Assembly (NCBI GenBank): GCA_002269645.1
Contig: NIVC01000301.1
Coordinates: 418,460-482,459, forward strand
DNA length: 64,000 nucleotides
DNA from: Macrostomum lignano
Lineage: Eukaryota
Direction: 5' to 3'
The translations under genes and the position numbers were made by a program. The notes under the pieces were generated by a model. It worked only from the letters and a program-made list of their open reading frames with translations. It was not told where the DNA came from and searched no databases. This document shows, one piece after another, positions 1-12,300 of this stretch. How positions within the stretch are numbered: position 1 is the stretch's first letter; each line of letters begins with the position of its first letter.

Positions 1-688
1 CTCTGTTCCCGGGTCGCGGGGTTTCTAGGAAGTTCTCATTATGAGAAGGCAAATTCACGATTTTTTGTCTCCCAACGACCTTCCAGTGCCACGCATGGGG
101 CGCCTAAGGTACTTAAGGCTTTCATTCACTCCACATCGCGAGTCTGAGCTAAAAGATTAACATGTAAAAGAGAACATGTAAGGAGCATATGGCTCACTGA
201 TGCAGCTCAGCTGACTTGCTTTAGTTAGCTCAAATTAAAAAACACTACCAGCTTAGACAAGATACTTTTGACATGATCGGGAAAAAGGCATTTCCAAATA
301 TTTTTCCAAGTGTCTTTGTGTCAGGTCCAAGCAAAAGAATATATATTTGGTCCAACAAGCTTCTGTTTATTGCTAGCGATTAGGTCAAAACTAAATATAA
401 ACTTTTGTTGCAGAGTCAAGCTCTAAAAGAAATTATATCCAACCAGAGGAATTCGTTTAAAACCAGAGGCAAATGATCAGAGAGGCAGCCTTTTACAAAC
501 TTTGATGTGCTGCTAAAAACAGAAATTTTTCTGTAAATTAAAAGCTAATTTTGCGTAGGTTGACAGATTAGTATAAGGACCGAATTTTCTTAAACTATAA
601 AGGCAGCTCTAATAGGATATTGAATATGAAACAAAGCTGTTTTTTTAGGCAGTTGCCGGGAGTTTTCGAGTAAGACCTCACGCTGGCC

Positions 689-3600
689 TCAAATCCAGCC
701 GTGCTGCGACCAGTAGGTGATGAGAGTCCATGTCCGGTTGAGCCCGTCGGTGCTCAGGTGGAGGCCCTGCATGTCAACACTGAAGGCGTGGCTGGAGTTG
801 AACGCCAACCCGTAGGTGCCGAACAGCGCGCTGGCGTTGCTGCTGCCGAAGTCCGACCACGGCACTTCCACGGCACGTAGGCCGGCGGCCAGGTAGGCGG
901 TGTACTCATCCTCCGACACGGTGCTCCACGTCCAGCCGCCGTCGTCCGAGCGGACCCGGCTGGCCTGGTCGAAAGAAGTGCCGTACAGCCGCGACGCGCC
1001 CGGCTCCACAAATCAAATCTGGCTAACCAGGTCGTCCAGCCTCTCCCAGGTGATGCCGAAGTCGGCGGTGCGCGAGCACCTGCTCTGCCCTCCTGGCCGG
1101 TTCAGCATACACACATAAAGGACACCGTCGGCCGGGTTCACCACGTAGCCGCGGCCCTGTGACGAGCCAGATGCGGTTGGCACAGGCTCATAGCAGGCCT
1201 CGGCCGCTGCCGTGTCCGCCATCAGGACGCAGCCGTAGAACTCGACGCGCAGCGACCGGCTGAAACTGCTCGGTCCGCCGGTCAGCGGCAGCAGGCGGAT
1301 GAAGCGGCAGGCTACCGGTCGGCTAAGCAGAACGTAGGCCGAACCGGCAGTGTAGCTGGCGTTAAACACCTACAAGGGCAAAACACAGGTGTTCAGATCC
1401 GGTTTGATAGAATCAATTAGCTGTAAGAGGATCTTGAGAGGTAATTTTGCCTTTTCCAAACTGAATAATGAAAATCCATTTATTGAGAACCTTTCCTCAA
1501 TAAATTCAAGGATATTTAAGCAAACATGATGAATATCCGATTACTGTTCGTATTCGGAGCAGTATTTTTATAAATCCAACTAAGTTTATTCTCTCAGTAC
1601 GAGCTATTCAGCGTTGCACAAGGCAACGATAAATTCTCGACCAGTAAACTCATTCGAGATCAACATAAATTTTTGGACTCTGGATTTAAATACACATAAA
1701 ATTATGACCTCCGATTCATCTACATCTGCAAAGCCTCGAGGCTCAGCCCTCACCTCCTTTGTACCGGAAACGCTCGAGGTGACTTCGAACCACAGGAGCC
1801 CCTCCTCACTGTGCTGCAGCCAGAAAGTGTCAACCCGATTGGACGAATCGCTGCTGTGACTTTGCAGGCGAACAGCGGTGACTTGAGTCCGGTTGCCGAG
1901 GCTAATATCCAGGTATTCGCTACCGTAGAATGGGGGGCACCGGTGTAGACTGGACCAGGCCCGGTCCGAGTTGTACCGGCCTTTTGTTGCCACGTCGCTT
2001 CCTAATTGTCCGCTGGCCGTGATCTGACAGTCGCAGATACTGCCAGACTCCATGCCGAGTGCCCTGAAGCACTCGAATGTAGATTTCTATGTTTTTGCGA
2101 TATGTCGGCGTGTAGGTGGACAGGTCAGCAATGGATGTGAGGCCGGCTGACTTGTTTCGAAAGGTGAAGAAGGCGTCGGCAAGAATGGTGACTGTGGTGA
2201 CGCCTCTCCCGGGCCTTAGCGCACCCTGAGGATCCACTGTGACGTTGATTGTCACTTGAAACTCCTGTGTGTACAAAATCGATGGGATGGAGATTACGAG
2301 ACCCTCGTTGATGTCCGTCTTGTTTATCAAGGTGACGGAGCCGGGGTTCGACTCAGCAAAAGCCGTGTAACCAAGGATGTGCGGCAGGTACCAACACAGC
2401 TTTACATTGTAGGCGTTGCCGTGAGAGTTCTCGGTGTGGTTGAGGCGGATGGACAGCTGAAGCTGCGTTCCAGGCGTTTTGTTGGCCACCGGGATAGCAA
2501 GAGCTTCGTCCTGGAAAAGTTGCAGTCACGGCTTGTCCTTTGGATTAGCGATCACCTGAACGGTAGCCATGGAAACTTTGCTTAGGCAACTGTAAGTCAG
2601 CTCACAGTAAAGATTCTGCACGCTTCCATGAATGTTCACGATGTGGTCCGTTAGTTGAGCCTTCACTTGTATCTGAATCACATCCTGATCTTTGTGGTAC
2701 TCGGCGTATTGGTAACGACGCCAGACGCCTGAATTAGCGATCATGCCGGACACTGTCATCCTGTCAATCTGAAAGTTGCCTAGGTTTGACTCGTTGCCAT
2801 AGACAAGCCTTATACGATCTTGGCAGCAATAATTTGGCCCGATGAAGGACACATTTAAGTCTCAGAGCAAGAATATCGCTTCGCCCGAGATTGTGTTTGA
2901 AAAGATGCTAATTGCCATGCTGGTGAGGGCTTCTCCAATTGATACGTTAAACGTAAAACTTTTTTCCTCGAAAATTCTCATGCCGACAGGCTGCAGATCG
3001 GCCGCAGTCACGGTCGGGTTGAGATCCTGCACAGACGGCAGACTGCTAACAACTGTGAGGGATTTAGATCCCACGAAAAAGACAGCATTGCTTAGGTTGA
3101 CAATCGCACCAATCCACAGGCTCTCACCAGGGTTCGTTAGGGAGCCATTGATAAAGATGTCTGCCTCAATTCGAATCTTATTGTCTACTTGCTCTATCGG
3201 ACCTGAGACAGCGATATTCTGCCCACACGCAGTGAGCAGATGTGCATCTTGCCGCGATCGGATGAGTTGAACGGCACCAGTAGTTCAACCGAGTAGTTGG
3301 CGATGGTGTCGACTGGCAGAAAGCCCTCCAGGACAAACGTATGGAATCCATCGGCAACAATCTGCTCCGAATCGTTTCTCAGACGAATACTGAATCTCGG
3401 ACTAAAGTTCAGTTCTGGCAGAGTAGCGTCGACTGTCAAGTTGGCCGCATCTGTCCACAATACACTTGAACCCAGGGACGATGAGGTCGAGCCATAGACA
3501 TTTGATCCCGTATCGCCGGACTTCAGTTGAAGAACAATGTCAAACAGTCCAGAGTTGTCGCTACCAGTGTATGGCTGATTAAGTTGACCAAAGTTAGCAA

Positions 3601-4730
3601 AGTTTAGCAAATCAGGGTGTAGTTACCAACAGATTGCGAGTTGGCGAAGGTAGTTGTGCTAGGACTTATCATGGAGCCTAGGCAAGGAATGTTCCGGCCC
3701 CTTTTAGCGAGTCCGATGCGGCAAATGCTAAGATTCTCACTTAGGGAAACTGCGTTTATGCTGTAGTGTCCGTAGGCCTGCGGCACGCTAGTCATGTTGA
3801 CAAGCATTGTGTAGGATCCTCCAACCCAGACAGTGGTGTTTGGCGTCTTCCTCACGGTAGCAAGAGTTGACTGATTTGACACTGCGACACTATTAAAAAT
3901 TGTGACGGGATTATAGCTGAGGTCGACTCGATTAGAAAATGCAACTACCAGATTGTTCAAGACTTTGCAGGAAATCCAATAGAGCGTGTTGTTGATCAAA
4001 TTCGACGCATTCACTATATAATGCGCCGTAATGAATGCGAACACGTGAAATCGTATGGTATTCTTCTCTGAGAGCCACGGATAGTCTATGCTACCAACGT
4101 TCGAAATAAATCCTCCAGGGAACTTGATAACTACCTTGTTGACCCGGCCATCGTCAGGTCATCAAGAGTCAGTTGTCGTGGTAGTATTTCCAGTAATATT
4201 CGACCAAGCGTAAGCGGCCTGGCCAACCCAAATCTTTGTGCTGTTGGCGAAGCGGGCTCTAAAGCTGACACGATAGGTCATGTTGCTCAACATTCTGGGA
4301 GAGTTAAGTACCTTCGTTGTGAATTCGCATGCAATCTGGTTGTCGGACAAAACTGCACTGGGCCCACTGCTGGTAAGGTTGACTATTGTGAGCGAGGCCC
4401 TATCGTTTCGATAGTCGTTACCTTTGGCTTCCAGGACCCATTGGTTGTTTAATTCCGTAGTATTGGATCCCTGTAGGTAGGGGTCAATCCAGGTTACCTG
4501 CGGGGAGCAGAGAGAGAACAGAGCCGACGTGTTGCTCGGGGTGTAGATCTCAGCTCGCAGTTCAGTCGCCATGCTGCCTGGCAGGGTGCCGGTAACGCGG
4601 AATTGTAGGTAACATAAGCCGGGTGGAAGCCGATCTTCTCCATTATCCAGGTGATGTTCTGGTCGCTTTGGCTCTGCCCCAGCTCTGGGAGAAAGACCAA
4701 GACGGAAAGCAATGTTATCAGCGATAGCAT
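689..4730 (-). pseudogene. Disabled gene for a large secreted protein: signal peptide, several Cys-containing beta-sandwich-like repeats, F5/8 type C (discoidin) domain, C-terminal Asp-box/BNR region
   Basis: Signal peptide MLSLITLLSVLVFLPELGQSQ at 4730. Discoidin signature ECFRALGMESGSICDCQITAS...AW...YLDISLG...VTAVRLQ is completed after a GT-AG intron (1370-1753) by VACRFIRLLPLT...SLRVEFYGC. Asp-box motifs RTADFGITW, RSDDGGWTW and STDGLNRTW. The reading frame can be rebuilt only through about 4 frameshifts (~4590, ~3615, ~3225, ~2075) and 5 in-frame TGA codons (4162, 4159, 2862, 2526, 1013). Confidence 0.7.
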
Positions 4731-5467
4731 TGAGCCTTGAGGTTGTCAGCTGGATTCTTTGGTTGGATATTGCGAATGACTATCCAAGCTGTTGCTTATT
4801 GTCTATGCCTGTCTTGTAATGAATCCTGATTTAGGGGGTTTTATATAACACCGTATGAGCCCGCGCTCCACAGTTTATTATTGTGGGTGCCTTGGCAACC
4901 GAGCTCCGAAAGCAATTCCGAGAAAAATAAGAAAAAAATTCGTTGCTATTGCCGATTGAGAGCCAGCTCCCTCCCAACTGGTTTATCAATGATTTGCAAG
5001 GATTCTCCCTACAGACCTGCTCTGCCCGCATGTTTTATCACTTGTGTCAAAGCATCTAAATTTTTCAAGCCTTGCATTCAGCTGAAATAAAACAGAATTT
5101 TTTTTAATCAGATTAAATTCCCAATCTGAATAATAAAGAATTGTAGAAGATTCGTTGCGTTGAAAAAATCTCTGCTGCAGTTGTTTGTGGGATTGCGACA
5201 ACATTGATGTCATGGAATCAATGCGATGCCTACCTCGCCCTTGCTTGCCTTTTAAGCCCTCGTTCCGACTACGAATTAGCATAATAAAGGGATACAGAAC
5301 AAAATACATGCACATGTTGATTCGCATGCAGTGTTGAATTCACGTAAATCTAACAGTTGCGATGATTGCTAGTGAACAAAAACTTTTAGCTGCATTTTCA
5401 CTGGGTGAAATACATGTAAATTTTCATACATAGCTGACACAATAACTATGTATGCGGTATACATAGG

Positions 5468-8400
5468 CTTGATTTACTTAGACTTAGCTGCAGGGGGCAT
5501 CCGGCGGATGCAGCGAGGAGGCGGAGGAGACCGCCCATTCCGCTAGCCCCTGGCGACCAATGGCTTCCAGTGGTGTCGCTCAGGGGGACCCGTCGGTCTC
5601 GCCTGCAGCGCGGTCCTCCTCACCGACGGTGGGGAAGAACTCAGCTCGTCCCGTGTCCCTCATGTACCGGGCGAGCAGCGGGATGCTCTCGGGCCTGCAA
5701 ACGTCGGAGAGATCCGGGTTTGGCCCGAGGTGAGTGAGCCTGGCCCTGGTGAAAACCGGGCAGTGGCAGATAAAATGCTCGGCGTTTTCACTGCCTGAGC
5801 GGCAGAAGGGGCACCGCTCCTCGGGAACTTGGCCCTAAAGGAAACAGTGGCAAGAGAAGCAGCCATGCCCGGAGAGGGCCATGCTGACTGCTCTGGGGTC
5901 TCTGCGGTTGAGCCTGAGGAGGGCTCTACGCAGGAGAGGAGAGGGGCAGAGGACGGCAGCACGGGATTGCCTACAATTCCCGGTGTCGTGCCACCTGCGG
6001 AGATGCTCGGAGTCAGTCCAGCGCTAACGCGGGAGTTGATCACCGAGGCGGGGATGGGGGCTCCCGGCTCGGCCCCAGCAGCACGCCGGCGGAGCCAGCC
6101 TTAGCCAGCATGTCGGCGCGCTCGTTGCCGAGGAAACCAGTGTGGCTCGGGATCCATCTGAGTTCAACATGGTTGCCTAGCGCAAGCCCGTTGAGCTGGG
6201 TGTTGCAGTCCAGGACGGACCTGGAGCTGGTGGTGCTGCGGCGGAGGGCCCGAAGGGCTGCTTGGCTGTCAGAGTGAAAAATAAATTTCCGACCGCTAAG
6301 CTGCCTTCGGCGCAGCTCTGCCGCGCAGAAGCTGATGGCAAGCACCTAGCTCTGAAAAACACTGGAGTTGAGCCCAGTGTGCTGGGAGTAGCTCCAAACC
6401 ACTTCTCCCTTGAAGAAGACGCAAGCTCCGAAGCCTGAAAGACCATGCCTCATAGAGCCGTCAGTGTAACAGTGGACTTCAGAATCGCTCCAGCTGTCAC
6501 TCGCCTCGTGTCGAGGCTGAATAATCACCTTATACCTTTGGCTCAGAAGAAGGGTGGCTGGGATCGAGTCCGTGAGTATGTTGAGCCCGCCACACTCCTC
6601 GAGAGCCTTGAGGCAGAGGTCAGAGTGCGGGATAAGCGACCGCTTCTTAAAGGCCCGCACTTTCTTGAAGGCCACCCCAGCATCCAGAAGACGCCGGGTG
6701 CTCTTCGCCGCCTCTCCTTTGATGTAAATATCCAGAGGAGGGGCACAGAGGAAGGCATTTATGCCTTCAAAAGGAGTAGAGGGTGGAGCGCCCATAGTCA
6801 TGCGGCAGGCTCTGCCCTGGATTTTGTAGGCTCAAGGTTGCTCTTGACGCTCAGGCCGCTGGCCCACACAAGGTTGGCGTAACTGATCGAGGGGCGGATG
6901 ATGGCAGTGTAAATCCATCACAGCTTCCTGGGGGTGAGCCCCCAGGTGGTGCCCACGGCGCGCCTGATCTGGGCCAGGACAGCCAGGGCTTTTTTGGCTT
7001 TAGTTTGAATGTGCGGAGTCCAGTTGAGCCTGTGGTCCAGAGTGAGGCCCAGACAGCGGACCTGCTTCTCCATGGAAATATTCTTTCCATAGAGGGTGAG
7101 GGGCTTAATGGTCCAGAGCAGTTTGTTGGTAAACATGACCGCTGTGGTTTTCGACTCTGAGAGTCTAAGGCCACATTGGTTTGCCCAACGCTCCGCTCGT
7201 CCCAGAAAGCCCTGCAGAAGGTCTCTGATGGTATCAACCGAGGGGCCCGCGCATATCGTGGTCACATCATCGGCATAGCCCACCTTGAGAATGGGGTCGT
7301 GGAGATCACTGCAAAGCAACTCATCCATGACCATGTTCCAGAGAACGGGCGTGAGAACTCCGCCCTGGGGGCCCCTTTATGGACAGGCACCGAAAGAGAG
7401 CTGCCGTTTAGGTGGGCCACAACAGTGCGGTTCCGGATCATGAACATGATCCACCAGACAAGATGAGGGTGCGTGGCCCTGGATTCCAGGGCTCTGCAAA
7501 AGGCCTCGAAGATGACGTTGTCGAAGGCCCCCTCAATGTCCAGGAAAAGCAAGAGGGCAAAGCCGCTGCCAAGAACGGCCCTCTCTAGGAAGTCAACAAT
7601 GACATGGAGGGCACTCTCGGTAGACCTGCCCGCGCGGAAGGCGTGCTGGTTCTGCGAGAGTGGGAAGCGCTTCAGCTCGACCGAAAGTAGGCGCCAAAGC
7701 GCCAGTCTCTCGAGGAGCTTAAGGCAGAAAGAGGTGAGGCTGATAGGCCTGAAGGCCTTCGCCGATTGGTAGTCGCTCTTTCCAGGCTTGGGGAAAAAGA
7801 CCACCCGGGCCTCTCTCCACGCAACTGGTACATAGATCAGCTTCACACAAGCTCGGAGGAGACGACAGAGCAGGTCCAGAAAGCGGTGGTTTTTCACCGC
7901 CTCGTGCAAGAACGCTGGGTAGATGCTATCGAGCCCAGGCGCCTTGAACGGGTTAAAGGACCTTGCCGCTCTAATAATGCGGTCTTTGGTGATCATAGAC
8001 TTTGCTAGGCCTTGCCCTCCCACTGTGTGGTCAGGTGGGCCCTGCTGAGTCGGAGATTTAGGGAAGAAACTGTTGAGCATTAGCTCTAAAGTCTCTTCAG
8101 AGCTCTCTGTGACCGAGCCATCAGGTCTCTTCACAACAGAGAGTTTAGAAAAACGGTCGTTAGTGAGTGCCTTAACCACGCGGGCTACGGGGCGAGAGCC
8201 CAAGCCCTTCGCAGTATTGGCACCACTTGGCCGTCTTGGCTCTTCTGACTTGGCCCTTAAACTCGTGGATCGCACGGGTATAGGCCTCTCTATCAGATTG
8301 GTCTTTGGTTTTGAGCGCTCGTCTTTGGAGGGTCCTGGCTCGGCGCCGAAGGGCCCCGAGCTCTGGGTTCCACCAGGGAGCAGATTTCTTGCCTTTGTAG

Positions 8401-8545
8401 GCTTTTAGAGGGCAGGCTGCTTCAAAGGCAGTGGTGATCGCCCCACCCAGGGAAGAGGCGAGATTATCCATCACCCGGCAGTCAGAGAGGTCGCTGGGGG
8501 GGGGGGTCAAGATCCCGAAGGCCGCGGCTCAGCTTCGAGCCAAAG
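5468..8545 (-). mobile_element. 5'-truncated non-LTR retrotransposon (RT + RNase H + C-terminal CCHC finger), Loa/Lian-like, frameshifted
   Basis: RT motifs KAPGLDSI, FRPISLTSFCLKLLE, FLDIEGAFDNV and GYADD. RNase H motifs YTDGS, HSDSQAAL and WIPSHTGFLGNERADMLAK. Zinc knuckle CPFC...EHFICHCP, rebuilt across frames near 5750-5830. Flanked by the 14-bp direct repeat GCGGTATACATAGG at 5454-5467 and 8546-8559. Clade assignment is by recalled similarity only. Confidence 0.88.
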
Positions 8546-9374
8546 GCGGTATACATAGGTCTTATTTTATGAAAAATATGAAGCACATACTTTTGCATGC
8601 ATACATATAGACCGGCACTAATTATTATTTCATTATTAATGTCATTCTTAGCTCAATTGCGAGAATGGTGATCTGTTGTCTTCTCGGTTTAATAATCTGT
8701 AATTTAGTCTAATACAGGTCGATGGCTCAGCGTTTTGCAGCTTGCCAATTAAATGTAGCTGACACCTTCAGCTGAAAATCAGTTCCACATCAGGCAATGT
8801 ACAGCTGAATGATGCATATGGATGTACATACATCTCGATAAAGCATGAGCAGACAGCTCATTCCGACATGTATTTCAGCAAACACTTGCAAAGACATGCA
8901 GAGTGACATCTAATATGACTTTTTATAGCGAATTGCCGATACAAGCTGTCGTAGATAGTTTTTGTCCCTCGTTTTTTCATTCTTAATTGACTTACATTTT
9001 TAAGCACTGCAAGTTAAGTTGGTCTCAATATGATAACTAACCTTATGACGTGAAAGAATTTTCCGGCATGCAAGTTCAAATTTTTTATATATTATAACAA
9101 AAAGCAAACTCAAATACAGATATCGCTTAATGTTAAGTTCATTAAAAATAACAGAAAGCCATTATTTGAATAGAAAAAAAGAAAATATTATTTGACTGAA
9201 AGGATTATTGAAAAATCATTTGACTAAGCTATGGGACGATTTTAATTTTTTAAACCGTCTCTAAATAAATCCAAAGAGCCTGGGAAAAATACGTCGACGT
9301 ATTTTGTGTTTGCGAAAAATTATACAAAAAACGTTAAATTGCTGATTGTGCTTGCTTGAAATTCCCAACATAAT

Positions 9375-12300
9375 ATGGCGAACGACTTCACAAAAATCTT
9401 TTCGAAGTGTATTCTATCCATAATTTTTATCTCGCTATGGGTAAGTGACCAAATAAAAGATTTGTCTATGAACATGATTGTCAATGACGAATGTATTTCT
9501 TTTTACTGTTTCTACTCTACTAGTGACTGTAAAAGTAGTTTTAGCAAACAAATAACAAAAAGTAATAAAATTATCAACAAAAAAATTAATCACTGTAAAT
9601 CATAGGAATCGGCCTAAGGCCTACCCATTTTATTTCTTTCTTTCACTGAAATTGTCAATGAGCCCTAGTCTACACAAGGCTTAGGAAAATTTTATTTAGA
9701 AAAACAAAACAATTAGAAATATTTGTGAACTAGGCTAATTGTCTTAAAAGCTTTTTAATCATTATTATCTATTTGAATCATAGACATAGTCATAGGCTCA
9801 AAGTTAGGCAATCTAGCAATCTCCTAATTTATTGCATTAAATAATTTTTCAGTTTTTTTTTCATATGGAGATGGTTGGAACAGCTGAAATACAAGTAGCA
9901 AGCATATTATAAATGTCAAGTAGAGGTCACAATCCTAGGATCCTAAAATTTAGGAATCTTAGGAAGCTTTTTTTAGGTCCTAGGATTTATAGGGTTGGGA
10001 TTCAATCTCTAAAAGTTAAAAAGTGGGCAGACAGAAGTTAGATAAAACAAATTAGATAAGCACAGTAGCGCAACCAGAAATTTTTTTGAGGGGGTAGATT
10101 TTCCATGCACATGCACAAAGTCCATGCACATTAATTTGCATTTTGAAAAAAGTGATGATTACACTTAAACAATGATTACTGCGATTAAATGTTTCTGCAA
10201 CTTTAGGTTGAATGCCTCAAAGGTTCCAATGTTAAGTGACTACTTATTAACAATTTTTAATAATATACGTTATTGCAAAACAGACAATTGTAAAAACGAG
10301 CAATATTACATTAAATTTTGCATTGATCATTTTTTAACTGACTTTCTTTTCAAAAAAGTTGTATTTCTTTTACGTTAGCATAATTTTGTTTTTGGTTGTT
10401 TGCTATTTTCATATTCAGAAGCACATTTGGATATTCGGAAAATAAAATTTCCGAATCCAAAACATTTGGATTTTTAAAAAAGTAAGACTTTTTTTTCGGA
10501 TTCGGAATCCGAATCCAAATATTTGGATCCATCACTATTAAAAAGTTGCAGATCAGCCATACAGATCAGCCATAATCTGTTACAAAAATATAGTTACAAA
10601 ATTGCCACTCCGATAATTTACTATACTGGAACCATAATGAAAGTGAAATGCTATTTTTATAATATCTAATATAATATCAATTAGCTAGATATTGTGTTTT
10701 GTAGCAGTTAGTTAATATATAAAGCAAACATGCATCTATGTCTATTCTCCGTTGCCCTCTTTGTAAAATCTTTAATGTTGTTTGAGTTAAGTCTTGTTTA
10801 AATAATTTATTATTGATTTTAAATTTGAACTCATTGTATATATTGTAATAACCTAACAATGTGAATGCCCATTGCCTAGGCAATAATAGATTATAATTAT
10901 GAATGTAATATATATTTATATTGCTTTGTATAATAATCAATCATGATAGCAATATATATTAGATTATCTAATATATATTATATATAATATATAATATATA
11001 TATACATAATATATATGCATGTATTACAATATTCATATTACAAGTAATATATAAATATATATTATATTATGCAGTTATACTTTACACTAATAGTTGCATT
11101 ACCCCTTTAGCTCTTACCATAATTGTATATATTATAAATATATAATTTATAGCATTATTATAACAAGTACAAGTTTCTAAAGACATTCCTAGAAAAAGGT
11201 AGCACTATAGGCTCCTATATATCTTCTAAACATATCTAAACCTGTGGCCTGTGGCTTTTAGTTAGAGCTAGGCTAGCTAAAGTAGTGCAACCAAAAAATT
11301 GTTAAAGAAGGATAGATTCTAGAGGGTAAAATCAAAGACCCAAGGATAGATACAGAAATAATATTACTTTTGGTGAAAATTTGCTTAGTCCCTCTTGATT
11401 TTTTTAGTCTCTACCTAAAAGAGGGACTTACCCCTTTGCCTCCTTCTCCTTAGTTGCACCATTGCCTAGCTATAGATGATACTATAGTATTGACAATAGA
11501 TATTATGGTGATTTCTCAATGAAAGACAGATTTTGCCACTTTTTAGTCCTTTGTATCTAAGAACCTCATTTAACTATATTTAATTGCTAAGAAACTTTGT
11601 AGAATTTAAGCCTGGGCCTAACATAAAAATTGCTTTAGAAAATAACAATTAAAATAGTTTGTGATCTTTTACTTTTATAAATTGAATTACTTACTTAGGA
11701 ATTTATAATTAAATTTGTCTCACAAAAACATAGCAAAAGTAATTAAGCATGCAAAAGTAAAAGATTGTTAAATAGTTTATTTTAGTAGCTTAATAGCTAA
11801 GGGATATTGTTTTTAAAAAACATAACAATTTTATAGCTTTAATAAAAGTAATTATATTCTTATTAGTTAGTATAAAACCACAAAAGGAAAGTGTACATTA
11901 TGACAAAAAATTCTGGCATATATCAACAAAAATATGCACAAAGTGGCATATACAGTATGCAACAAAAGCCTAGCAGAAATTTTAGCACAAAGTGGTGCAT
12001 AGCAAAAGTTGATAAAAATATTTAGCTCAAAATAGGTTGTCCAAAATGTATAATCTACATATGCAATGCATGAAATATGCTTTTAGATGCATTTTTCTAA
12101 GGCATAATTGATGCATGTCTATTAAATAATTGTTTTTTTTGGAAAATTAAACAAGTAATTAAAATTCAGGCTAGTACTATAATATAAAGTTTTTGTAGAT
12201 TTTTTGTCATTTTTTAATCCAAGCTCTTTGTGCTTTTAAAAGCTACAAAAATAGATCTAATATTTTCATTATTGATTTAATCTGAATTTTACCAAATTTT

